From: Delftia acidovorans NBRC 14950
GTDB lineage: Bacteria; Pseudomonadota; Gammaproteobacteria; Burkholderiales; Burkholderiaceae_C
Length of the DNA: 32,000 bases
Reading direction: 5' to 3'
NCBI RefSeq assembly: GCF_001598795.1
Contig: NZ_BCZP01000024.1
Location: 54,810-86,809 of the forward strand
In this document: positions 18,011-25,537 of the stretch, piece after piece
Numbering within the stretch: position 1 is the stretch's first letter
How the letters are laid out: the number at the start of each line of letters is the position of its first letter
Notes under the pieces: generated by a model
What the model was told of the DNA's origin: nothing
The model's database searches: none
What the model saw: the letters and a program-made list of their open reading frames with translations, nothing else
Program-made: the position numbers and the translations under genes

Positions 18011-19153
18011 ATGAAAAATCAAAAAACGTGCTCGCGCATTCTGGGACTCGCGATGGGCACATTCTTCGCCTCTTCTTCCAGCCTGGCCTTGGCACAATCT
18101 TCCGTCACCATTTTTGGTGTGGTGGACGTCGGCGTCACCATTGCCAAGTCCGGCAGCAACAGGCTCAATGCGCTGAACTCCAGCCAAGGCAAGACCAGTC
18201 TGCTTGGATTGCGTGGCACGGAGGACCTCGGCGGCGGCAACAGAGCTCAGCTCTGGCTTGAAGGCGGCCTCAACCCCGATGTCGGCACTGGCGGCAGCAG
18301 CGGCTCCCTTGGCTTCGAGCGCCGCTCCACGATCGGGCTGAGCAACAATTCCTGGGGCGAGATCCGGCTGGGTCGCGACTACACCCCCAGCTACAACATC
18401 TTCACCGCTTTCGCGGGCCCCGACACCACCACCGGCGTGCAGGCCAATCTGTTCCAGACGATCCGCCAGACTGCCTACAACGCCGCCAGCCAAAGCGGCG
18501 TGGTCGACCGCACGCGCATCAGCAACGCCGTGGGCTACTTCCTGCCGAGCGACTTGGGCGGTGTCTATGGCCAGTTCTCGGTTTCCTTTGGCGACGAGAA
18601 CGCCTCCGGCTCTGGCGCAAGCAAGGCCCGCAGGTACATAGGCGGCAACCTGGGCTATCGCTCTGGCCCGCTGAACGTGGGTATCGGCTACGGCAGGATC
18701 GACGGCACCGCAGCCGTGGCTTCGCCCAGCGCCATCGCTGCAACCAGCGATCTCGAAGACCTGGTGCTGGGCGCCTCGTACAACTTCGGCAGTTTCCTGC
18801 TTAATGGCGGATACAACAGCCTGAAGTGGGAGCCCGTCAACGGCGCAACCTCCGGGAAGGTGGACGGTTTCTACCTGGGCGCAACCATCCCCATGGGGCC
18901 AGGCAGCTTGCGCGTCAAGTACGCCAGCGCCAAGTTCAGCGGCAACGCCTCTGCCCTCACGCGCAGCGGCGGCAAGGCCGACAAGTATTCGATCGGATAT
19001 GTCTACGACTTCTCCAAGCGCACCTCTCTGTACGCAGGGCTGGCGCGTGTCAACAACAAGAACGGCGCCAGCGTCGGCCTGATCGGCGGCCCTGCGGGTG
19101 TGGCCAACGCCGGCTCGACCGGTGTGGATCTGGGCATCAGCCACTCGTTCTGA
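18011..19153 (+). CDS. Gram-negative general porin (Omp32/OmpC-like)
   Basis: The signal peptide ends LALAQS and is followed by SVTIFGVVDVGV. There is a Gly/Tyr-rich beta-strand pattern. The C-terminus, GVDLGISHSF, ends in the terminal Phe. Confidence 0.9.
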   Translation: MKNQKTCSRILGLAMGTFFASSSSLALAQSSVTIFGVVDVGVTIAKSGSNRLNALNSSQGKTSLLGLRGTEDLGGGNRAQLWLEGGLNPDVGTGGSSGSLGFERRSTIGLSNNSWGEIRLGRDYTPSYNIFTAFAGPDTTTGVQANLFQTIRQTAYNAASQSGVVDRTRISNAVGYFLPSDLGGVYGQFSVSFGDENASGSGASKARRYIGGNLGYRSGPLNVGIGYGRIDGTAAVASPSAIAATSDLEDLVLGASYNFGSFLLNGGYNSLKWEPVNGATSGKVDGFYLGATIPMGPGSLRVKYASAKFSGNASALTRSGGKADKYSIGYVYDFSKRTSLYAGLARVNNKNGASVGLIGGPAGVANAGSTGVDLGISHSF

Positions 19154-19194
19154 GCGGCACAGCGCCTTTTCCAGAAACGAAGCCTTCAAGGTGG

Positions 19195-19222
19195 GGCAGG
19201 CCCTTGCCACGCAGGGCCTGCC
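19195..19222 (+). terminator. Hairpin downstream of the porin gene (possible terminator)
   Basis: GGCAGGCCC (19195-19203) pairs with GGGCCTGCC (19214-19222), giving a 9-bp GC-rich stem and a 10-nt loop. The downstream T-tract is weak (GATCTGCCTATCTGCTT). Confidence 0.35.
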
Positions 19223-19275
19223 GATCTGCCTATCTGCTTATCAGGCTTGCCTCTTCTTCTCAAGACCTACTCGCC

Positions 19276-20856
19276 ATGCGCCCCCCCACTTCTTCTTCCT
19301 GCCTGATGGCAGTGATCGCCGCCGCGGCTGCCTTGCTGAGCGCCTGCGCCGACACCCGCCCGCTCCAGGTCGCCGGCTCCGAGACGGTGACGCAGACCAC
19401 CGGCGTCGGCAGCATCCGCGCCACCGTCACGCACCAGGACGTCCAGTTCGACGACAGGTTCTATTTCCCCTACGAAGGCCAACACCCCGCTACCAAGGCC
19501 GATTTCCCCAAGGGATTTCTGCCAGCCTACGGTTCGGGCCTGGCCTTGAAGGGCAGGCGTGCCGACGGCACGCTGGAGTTCTACGCCATCACCGATCGCG
19601 GCCCGAACGCGACCACCGGCCCGGTCACGCAGATCACCGACGGCTCCAATCCCGCGGGCTTCGCCAGTTCCACGGTGTTTCCCTCGCCCAACTTCACTCC
19701 GTCCATCGGCGTGATCGCCCTCGGAAAGGACGGAGCCAGGCTCGTCTCCACCCTGCCGCTCAGATTCAGCGCCACACAGAATGCCAACGGCCGCGTGCAG
19801 CCACGGGGCATCACAGGCAACACGGGCGAGCAAGTCCTGGACGACTCCTTCACCTATCCCGGCAAGGCCAAGGGCTACAGCGAATTCGGCCTGGACACAG
19901 AATCCGTGGTGGTGGATGCCGCACGCAATGTGCTGTGGGTGTCCGACGAATACGGACCCTTCATCGTGAAGATCGACCCGGCCACCGGCATCATCCAGAA
20001 GAAATACGGGCCCGGCACTGGCGCGGCCGATCTGCCGGCCATTCTCGCCAAGCGCCGCGCCAACCGTGGCATGGAGGGGCTGAGCATTGATGTGGCCAGC
20101 GGCAAGCTGCACGGTTTCCTGCAAAGCCCCCTGGACGACGGCAAGGCCGACTACACCACCACTGCCGTTGCCGACGCCACAGGCAAGTCGGAGAACGTGC
20201 GCGACTACGCTCGCTTTGTGCGCTGGGTGGAGTTTGACCCGACCACCGAGAAAACCCGCCTGTTTGCCTTGCCCGTGGACAGCCGCTGGTACAACCAAGG
20301 CAAGACCGGCAATGCCAAGCTGGGTGATGTGGTCTCACTGGGCAAGGGGAAATTCATCGCCATCGAGCAAGGCACGGGCAAGGACAAGAAAGTCTTCAAC
20401 GATCTGGTTCTGATCGAGTTTCCGGCCAACGCCACCGACATCACCGCGCTGGGCTCCGACCTGGAAAAGAGCAGCCTGACTGGCAAGCCGGTCAATGGCT
20501 CGGACTATTCCAAGGTCGTGACGCTCAAGAAGACCCGGCTCTTCAACCTGAACGCCACCGGCTGGGTGGCCGAGAAGGCCGAAGGCCTGGCACTGGTCGA
20601 TGACTACACGCTGGCGCTGACCAACGACACCGACTTCGGTGTTTCGCTGGCCGTGCTGGACGCCAGCGGCAAGGCAATCGAAGGCTCGGACGTCACCAAA
20701 TGCATGGTGGACGCCGAAGGCAAGATCGTGAACGACGGCCAATGCGCCAAGGGCGCGGCGAGCCTGCGCTTTACCACCAATGACGTCAACGATCGCACGC
20801 AGCGACTGTGGACCTTTGGGTTCAGCAAGAAGCTGAGCGAATACGGCGCTCCCTGA
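19276..20856 (+). CDS. Lipoprotein with a phytase-like (esterase-like activity of phytase) beta-propeller-type domain
   Basis: The lipobox is AAALLSAC. The motifs NRGMEGLSID, AEKAEGLALVDD and LTNDTDFG resemble the (G)FEGL and DNDF signatures of the phytase-like family as I remember them. The track ORF (18826) overlaps the porin gene out of frame, so the real start is ATG 19276. Confidence 0.65.
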   Translation: MRPPTSSSCLMAVIAAAAALLSACADTRPLQVAGSETVTQTTGVGSIRATVTHQDVQFDDRFYFPYEGQHPATKADFPKGFLPAYGSGLALKGRRADGTLEFYAITDRGPNATTGPVTQITDGSNPAGFASSTVFPSPNFTPSIGVIALGKDGARLVSTLPLRFSATQNANGRVQPRGITGNTGEQVLDDSFTYPGKAKGYSEFGLDTESVVVDAARNVLWVSDEYGPFIVKIDPATGIIQKKYGPGTGAADLPAILAKRRANRGMEGLSIDVASGKLHGFLQSPLDDGKADYTTTAVADATGKSENVRDYARFVRWVEFDPTTEKTRLFALPVDSRWYNQGKTGNAKLGDVVSLGKGKFIAIEQGTGKDKKVFNDLVLIEFPANATDITALGSDLEKSSLTGKPVNGSDYSKVVTLKKTRLFNLNATGWVAEKAEGLALVDDYTLALTNDTDFGVSLAVLDASGKAIEGSDVTKCMVDAEGKIVNDGQCAKGAASLRFTTNDVNDRTQRLWTFGFSKKLSEYGAP

Positions 20857-21029
20857 ACGACTGGACTACGACTGCGACTGCATGGCATAGGCAAGACAAC
20901 GGGGCCACGGCGATCCAGGGCGGTTCGTCCAGCGCGAAGGCGCTGCGACGGGCCGCAACGCTGATGCCGCTTCCTCTGGCACGGCGCCGCCGTTGCGGCG
21001 CAAGTGTGGGCTTGCCGCAATGACTGGTC

Positions 21030-21259
21030 CTTTCGACCTTCGGCAGTGTTCCGGCATTGCCCAAAGCGGTAGTCGTTGAGTGCGTAGATGACAGGCATAC
21101 GTCCGAGCCGATCACTCCCACAATCAAATCCCCATCTGCTGGCCATTTCAGAAGCGCCTTCAAATTCCATGCTGTTTTCCCCGCGAGTCGAGGAAATTCA
21201 ACAGAGAGCCGTTCAGAATTCAATTCCGGATTTTCGATGGCTTGGGATTGGCCAGTCAT
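21030..21259 (-). pseudogene. Possible frameshifted remnant of a HigB-like (killer-protein family) toxin gene
   Basis: Two minus-strand frames together resemble the family pattern. The frame from 21259 reads AIENPELNSERLSVEFPRLAGKTAWNLKALLKWPADGDL. From about 21130, after a 1-nt shift, the second frame reads WGFDCGSDRLGRMPVIYALNDYRFGQ. Compare the pattern remembered for this family: L..L..A....DL, then GDR.G..SIRINDQWR..F. This is a weak call from pattern memory only. Confidence 0.25.
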
Positions 21260-21303
21260 CGAATTCCTGAAGAGATGGCGCGTGCGGTATCCTCAGCCGC
21301 TCT

Positions 21304-23124
21304 GTGGAGGAGAAGAAAGTGGCGGTACTGATTCCTGCGATGGGGGCGTGCGTTGGGCGCATGACGCCTGGCGAGCGACGGCTGGCCGAGCGTTTGGAGC
21401 AAAAGCTCGAAGACGATTACATGCTTTGGTATGACGTACCCATCGGTCCCAAGCAGACGCATCCTGACTTCGTCGTCATTCATCCACGCAGGGGCGTTCT
21501 GATTCTTGAGACCAAGGATTGGCGGCTCGAGACGGTTCAAGAGGCGACCAAACAGGCCTGGACGCTCATCGTGGATGGAAGACCCAAGGTCGTCATCAAT
21601 CCGGCAGCTCAGGCGCGACACTGCGCCATTCAAGTGGTCAATGCGCTGGAGCGAGATCAGCAACTCATTCACGGCGAAGGCCCTCATCAGGGAAAGCTGG
21701 CATTTCCCTGGGGCAGCGGCGTGGTGTTCACCAACATCACGCGCAAGCAGTTTGAAGAGTCTGCACTGGACCAGACGATTGATGCGCATCTCGTCATCTG
21801 CAAGGACGAGATGCTGGAATCCGTTGATGCCGAGGCTTTCCAGCAGCGCCTGTGGAACATGTTCCCCCACGCTTTCGGCAAAGCCATGTCGGTGCCGCAG
21901 CTCGAGCGCACGCGGTGGATCATGTTCCCGCAGGTGCGTGTTCCGGTGCAAGGCAGCCTTCTGCCGGAAGACGCGGACGAGCTGCCGGACATCATGCGCG
22001 TCATGGACTTGCAGCAGGAGCAACTCGCGCGCAGCCTGGGCGATGGGCATCGCGTGATCCACGGAGTTGCCGGCTCAGGCAAGACCATGATTCTTGGCTA
22101 TCGTGCGGAACACCTGGCCAAGACCGCTTCGACCAAGCCCATCCTCGTGCTCTGCTACAACGAGCCCTTGGCAGTGAAGCTCAATGCCTGGTTTGCGGCC
22201 AAGGGCCTGGCCGATCGGGTGCACGCCCGCAACTTCCACAAGTGGTGTCGCCAGCAATTGGTGGCCTATGGTCAGACGCTACCCGCTCAGGGCCCAGGCA
22301 TGTTTGATCAGATGGTGGAGTTTGTGATTCGCGGCTTGGACCGGCAACAGATTCCGTCCGGGCAGTACCAGGCCGTGATGGTCGACGAGGGGCACGACTT
22401 TCAGCCTGAATGGCTCAAGCTCGTCACCCAGATGGTGGACCCTGAGACCAACAGCCTGTTGATCCTGTACGACAGCGCCCAGAACATCTATGGCAAGAGC
22501 AAGGCGCGTGGGTTCAGCTTCAAAAGCGTGGGAATCCAGGCCTCAGGGCGCACAACCATTCTCAAGATCAACTACCGCAACACCAGGCAGATTCTGCAAA
22601 TCGCCAACCGCGTCGCCGCCGAGTTCCTGCAACCCAATGCCCAGGATGATGACGGTGTTCCGCTGGTGCAACCCATCAGCTGCGGCCGCGAAGGGCAGGA
22701 GCCGCTGATCGTGCGCCTGCCGAGCTTGCGGGACGAGCCCGCCAAGATCGCCGAGCTGCTGGCTGCGGCGCATCAGGAAGGCCACGCCTGGGGTGACATG
22801 GCCATCCTGTGCCGCGATCACGACTCCATGAACCAGTGCGCCATGGCACTTGGCCGCCGAAAACTGCCGCATCGCGTGCGACATCGCTCAGGTGACTTCG
22901 ATCCGCTGGCCGACACCATCAAAGTGATGACAATGCACGCCAGCAAGGGATTGGAGTTCCCGGTCGTGGCCGTTGCAGGAGTGGGGCAGATGCCGCGTGA
23001 AGGCGAAGATGCGGCGGACGAGGCCAAACTGTTCTATGTGGCTGCGACTCGGGCGACACAAAAACTGGTGTTGACTGTGGCGGGAGAAGGGGCGTTTGCG
23101 AAGGCGCTGGTGGATGCGGGGTGA
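21304..23124 (+). CDS. NERD-domain nuclease fused to a UvrD/Rep-like superfamily-1 helicase
   Basis: Evidence along the protein:
- N-terminal NERD / PD-(D/E)xK-type core: HPDFVVIHPRRGVLILETKDW
- Walker A: HGVAGSGKTMILG
- motif II: VMVDEGHDF
- LLILYDSAQNIY
- INYRNTRQIL
- MTMHASKGLEFPVVAV
- LFYVAATRATQKLVL

The start codon is uncertain: GTG 21304, GTG 21319 or ATG 21340. Confidence 0.85.
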   Translation: MEEKKVAVLIPAMGACVGRMTPGERRLAERLEQKLEDDYMLWYDVPIGPKQTHPDFVVIHPRRGVLILETKDWRLETVQEATKQAWTLIVDGRPKVVINPAAQARHCAIQVVNALERDQQLIHGEGPHQGKLAFPWGSGVVFTNITRKQFEESALDQTIDAHLVICKDEMLESVDAEAFQQRLWNMFPHAFGKAMSVPQLERTRWIMFPQVRVPVQGSLLPEDADELPDIMRVMDLQQEQLARSLGDGHRVIHGVAGSGKTMILGYRAEHLAKTASTKPILVLCYNEPLAVKLNAWFAAKGLADRVHARNFHKWCRQQLVAYGQTLPAQGPGMFDQMVEFVIRGLDRQQIPSGQYQAVMVDEGHDFQPEWLKLVTQMVDPETNSLLILYDSAQNIYGKSKARGFSFKSVGIQASGRTTILKINYRNTRQILQIANRVAAEFLQPNAQDDDGVPLVQPISCGREGQEPLIVRLPSLRDEPAKIAELLAAAHQEGHAWGDMAILCRDHDSMNQCAMALGRRKLPHRVRHRSGDFDPLADTIKVMTMHASKGLEFPVVAVAGVGQMPREGEDAADEAKLFYVAATRATQKLVLTVAGEGAFAKALVDAG

Positions 23125-23146
23125 ATGCGGGATGAATGCGGGGTGA
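23114..23146. repeat. Three tandem 11-bp repeats spanning the helicase stop codon
   Basis: The repeats are ATGCGGGGTGA (23114-23124), ATGCGGGATGA (23125-23135) and ATGCGGGGTGA (23136-23146). The helicase TGA is the end of the first unit. Confidence 0.7.
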
Positions 23147-23273
23147 GGGCAGGGCGAGGACAGGCACAAGTCCGTGGTGCGGTGGTCAGGGCTCCAGGCG
23201 TGGTCCCAGTGGCGTTGCACCCGCAGCGCATTCTTGAGGATGGCGCTGCGATCCGAAAAGGATTTTGCGCATG

Positions 23274-23711
23274 TCACCCTTCCCACTCGGATGCGCACGC
23301 CATCTTGCCACTCGGCGCATTGCGCAGGCGGTTCAGGAAATCCAACTGGCTTTTGGCCGTTTGATTCCCTTTTGCCACGGCTTGCCGCAGCCAGTGCACT
23401 GCTTCACAGCGATCCGCTTTCACCGCGGTGCCATACAGGGTTGGGCCTGCCAGAAGAATCCATGCCAGTGTTTCCTGGGCTTGTGGCTCGCCATCCCGGG
23501 CCGCCTGGCGCAGCAACGCGAGCATGGTGGCGTAGTCACCCGCAGTCTGCGCCTCCAGGGCCAGTTGAAACCGCTGCTCGGACGTGGTGGCCATGTCAAA
23601 CGGCAACGGTGCCGCCTGCGCCAGCGCGCCGGACAGGGCCGCTGCGATGAACAAGCCATGCCGTGCCAGCGTGGCAATTGGGGTGGCAATTGGGCGGAAT
23701 TCGAATCGCAT
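23274..23711 (-). CDS. Exported Sel1/TPR-like repeat protein
   Basis: Internal ATG 23709-23711 gives MRFEFRPIATPIATLARHGLFIAAALSGALAQA, a signal peptide. It is followed by Sel1-like helical repeats (DYATMLALLRQAARDGEPQAQETLAWILLAG, AVHWLRQAVAKGNQTAKSQLDFL). The longer track ORF (to 24125) is an out-of-frame overlap of the DUF1501 fragment. Confidence 0.55.
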   Translation of the reverse strand: MRFEFRPIATPIATLARHGLFIAAALSGALAQAAPLPFDMATTSEQRFQLALEAQTAGDYATMLALLRQAARDGEPQAQETLAWILLAGPTLYGTAVKADRCEAVHWLRQAVAKGNQTAKSQLDFLNRLRNAPSGKMACASEWEG

Positions 23712-23847
23712 TTTTGTCTCCACTTGAACTGAGTGGCCCCATCGTCTTCGCAATCCCGATCCCTGAAAATTCGGAATCTTCAAAGGCGCCCTCAGGGCCA
23801 CCCAGAGGCTGATTCGAATCGGCCGTGCAGGCCTGGCGCCCACGGCT

Positions 23848-24330
23848 TCAGCCCATGAACCCCAGATCGATGGGATAGGCCGAGCCGCCGAAGTTGCCGA
23901 TATGCGGCAGCACCCCCGCCAGCTCGGTATTCGCCACGCCGAACCAGCGCGCCAGGGTGGCGGCGTACTGGTCCACGGCAGTGCTGGGCAACAGGCGCCC
24001 CTGGCCGACATGCCACTGGTCTTCGCTGCCGCTGCCGTTGCCCACGCTGATGGGCGGTGGCGCGCCATAGAAGGACGCGCCACGCACCGCGCCGCCCACG
24101 ACGAAGTGGTGGCTGCCCCAGCCATGGTCCGAGCCGTCGCCGTTGGAAGTCAGCGTGCGGCCGAAGTCCGACGCGGTGAAGGCCGTGACCTTGTCGGCCA
24201 CGCCGAGTTCGGCCGTGGCGTTGTAGAAGGGCGTCATGGCGCTGCTCACCTTGTCGAGTAGCTGCGGCTGGTTGGCGATCAGGTTGTCGAATCGCCCCCA
24301 CGGCCCCCGCAGGCCACCAGCAGCGCTGCT
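23848..24330 (-). pseudogene. 5'-truncated DUF1501-family gene (only about the last 150 codons retained)
   Basis: The C-terminal part of ORF 23848..24771 reads FDNLIANQPQLLDKV...FTASDFGRTLTSNGDGSDHGWGSHHFVVGGAVRGASFYG...LPHIGNF. This matches my memory of the C-terminal third of proteobacterial DUF1501 (sulfatase-fold) proteins. The upstream 150 codons of the ORF are low-complexity Pro/Arg/Ala text with no Tat signal or N-terminal DUF1501 motifs. No other frame supplies them before the AT-rich DNA begins at about 24860. Confidence 0.55.
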
Positions 24331-24868
24331 GCAAGGGAGGAGGTCAGGGCGGGGGGATCTGTGTGCTCTTCGGTCCGTGGCCGAGGTGGCCGGGTTCTGC
24401 GCAGGCAGGCAAGGAATCTGCGGGCGCGCGGTCGGGCGGCTGCAGCGTGGAGGCTGCAGCCTGTGTTGTGAGGTTTCCAGGCAGCGGCCGGGTCGTGGCA
24501 ACGAACAGCCTCGCTCTTCGGCGCCTGGCGCAGAGTGTTTCAAGGATCTCGGAGGTGCGCAGCCACCTTGCAGCCCTAAAGCGTGTCGAGACGTTATACG
24601 GCGGGGCGGCAGGGGCGGTATACAGGGTTGACGCTGTAGAGCCTGGGCAAAGACCGATGGGTGCCGCTCGACTGCCTGCGTTCTTAGGGAATGCGCAGCG
24701 TTGTGTGGGGGCAACCATGCAGGCGGATTGGCATAGGGCTTTCTTCTGTTCCGGGCTGAAGAATGCGGCATGACGTCTTGGGACCGTACACCTGAGTGCG
24801 GTGCGTCTGCACGGGGCAGCGTTTCCGAGCTTTCGGAGGACCATCACTAGTCGCGGGCACCAGAATAT

Positions 24869-25519
24869 TTAAATAGGTTCGCTCCTAAGTCGGGCCTTTC
24901 CAAGGTTATCTCGAAGAAACTGTGGAGCACTATTGCTAGTCTGAAAAACAATGCTCACGTTGTTGAAGATTACCGCAGAGACTGAACGCCAACCGTAAGG
25001 CTCAAATAACTCGTTGCTAGGTACAGGACCATCATCGAACCAGTGATTTATTTTATTTATGTAGAATAATATATCTGTTCTTTCCTTCATGCCGGGTAAA
25101 TAACGGCTATTAATGGAATTTAAATGCTTCAAGACTAGCTGAGCTGCGTCTGCGGGGAATAAGTCAATCGCAAATCTTGATTTTATGTATGATTTTCCAT
25201 TGCCGTGTAGAGAGTTATTGCGAGCCTGCTTAGCCTCTTCGTGTCTGCGGCGCCCTTCGTCCATGATCTCCTTAACCTCGAAAGCTGCATCTTGGTAAAA
25301 AACATCAGGGGGGTCTTGCGGGCTGCAGAAAACCTGAGAGTCGTCAACGCCAATATGAAGATTGGTCAAAAAATCGACTGTATTTCTCCACTCACGCCAG
25401 TTTTTAAATTTCCTAGAGAATCGATCATCGCCCAACTCAGGTTCCGGAGGGTCTGGTATAGACGGCATTGTTGCCAGTAAGGGTTTATGTAATTTAGAGC
25501 GAGACATGGGAATATACAA
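24869..25519 (-). CDS. Hypothetical protein with a PD-(D/E)xK nuclease-like motif
   Basis: The protein is 216 aa from TTG 25519, or 212 aa from ATG 25507. PPDVFYQDAAFEVKE has the spacing of a restriction-endonuclease-fold core: D72 at 25304-25306, E81 at 25277-25279 and K83 at 25271-25273, in track numbering. There is no signal peptide or TM segment. It starts 18-30 nt after the TIR gene stop on the same strand. It might correspond to a DUF-type putative endonuclease family, but I cannot verify that. Confidence 0.6.
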   Translation of the reverse strand: MYIPMSRSKLHKPLLATMPSIPDPPEPELGDDRFSRKFKNWREWRNTVDFLTNLHIGVDDSQVFCSPQDPPDVFYQDAAFEVKEIMDEGRRRHEEAKQARNNSLHGNGKSYIKSRFAIDLFPADAAQLVLKHLNSINSRYLPGMKERTDILFYINKINHWFDDGPVPSNELFEPYGWRSVSAVIFNNVSIVFQTSNSAPQFLRDNLGKARLRSEPI

Positions 25520-25537
25520 GCGCGATGTTTTTCCTCA

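Noticed and set aside
18826-19275. The N-terminal extension of the 676-aa track ORF 18826..20856.
   Set aside because: It overlaps the porin gene out of frame. The lipoprotein signal peptide (MRPPTSSSCLMAVIAAAAALLSAC) begins at ATG 19276.
24783-24802. A bulged hairpin, ACCGTACAC-CTGA-GTGCGGT, that briefly looked like a group II intron domain V in the high-GC non-coding stretch.
   Set aside because: Only 7 bp pair. There is no AGC catalytic triad, no GNRA loop, no domain VI and no intron-encoded RT ORF nearby.
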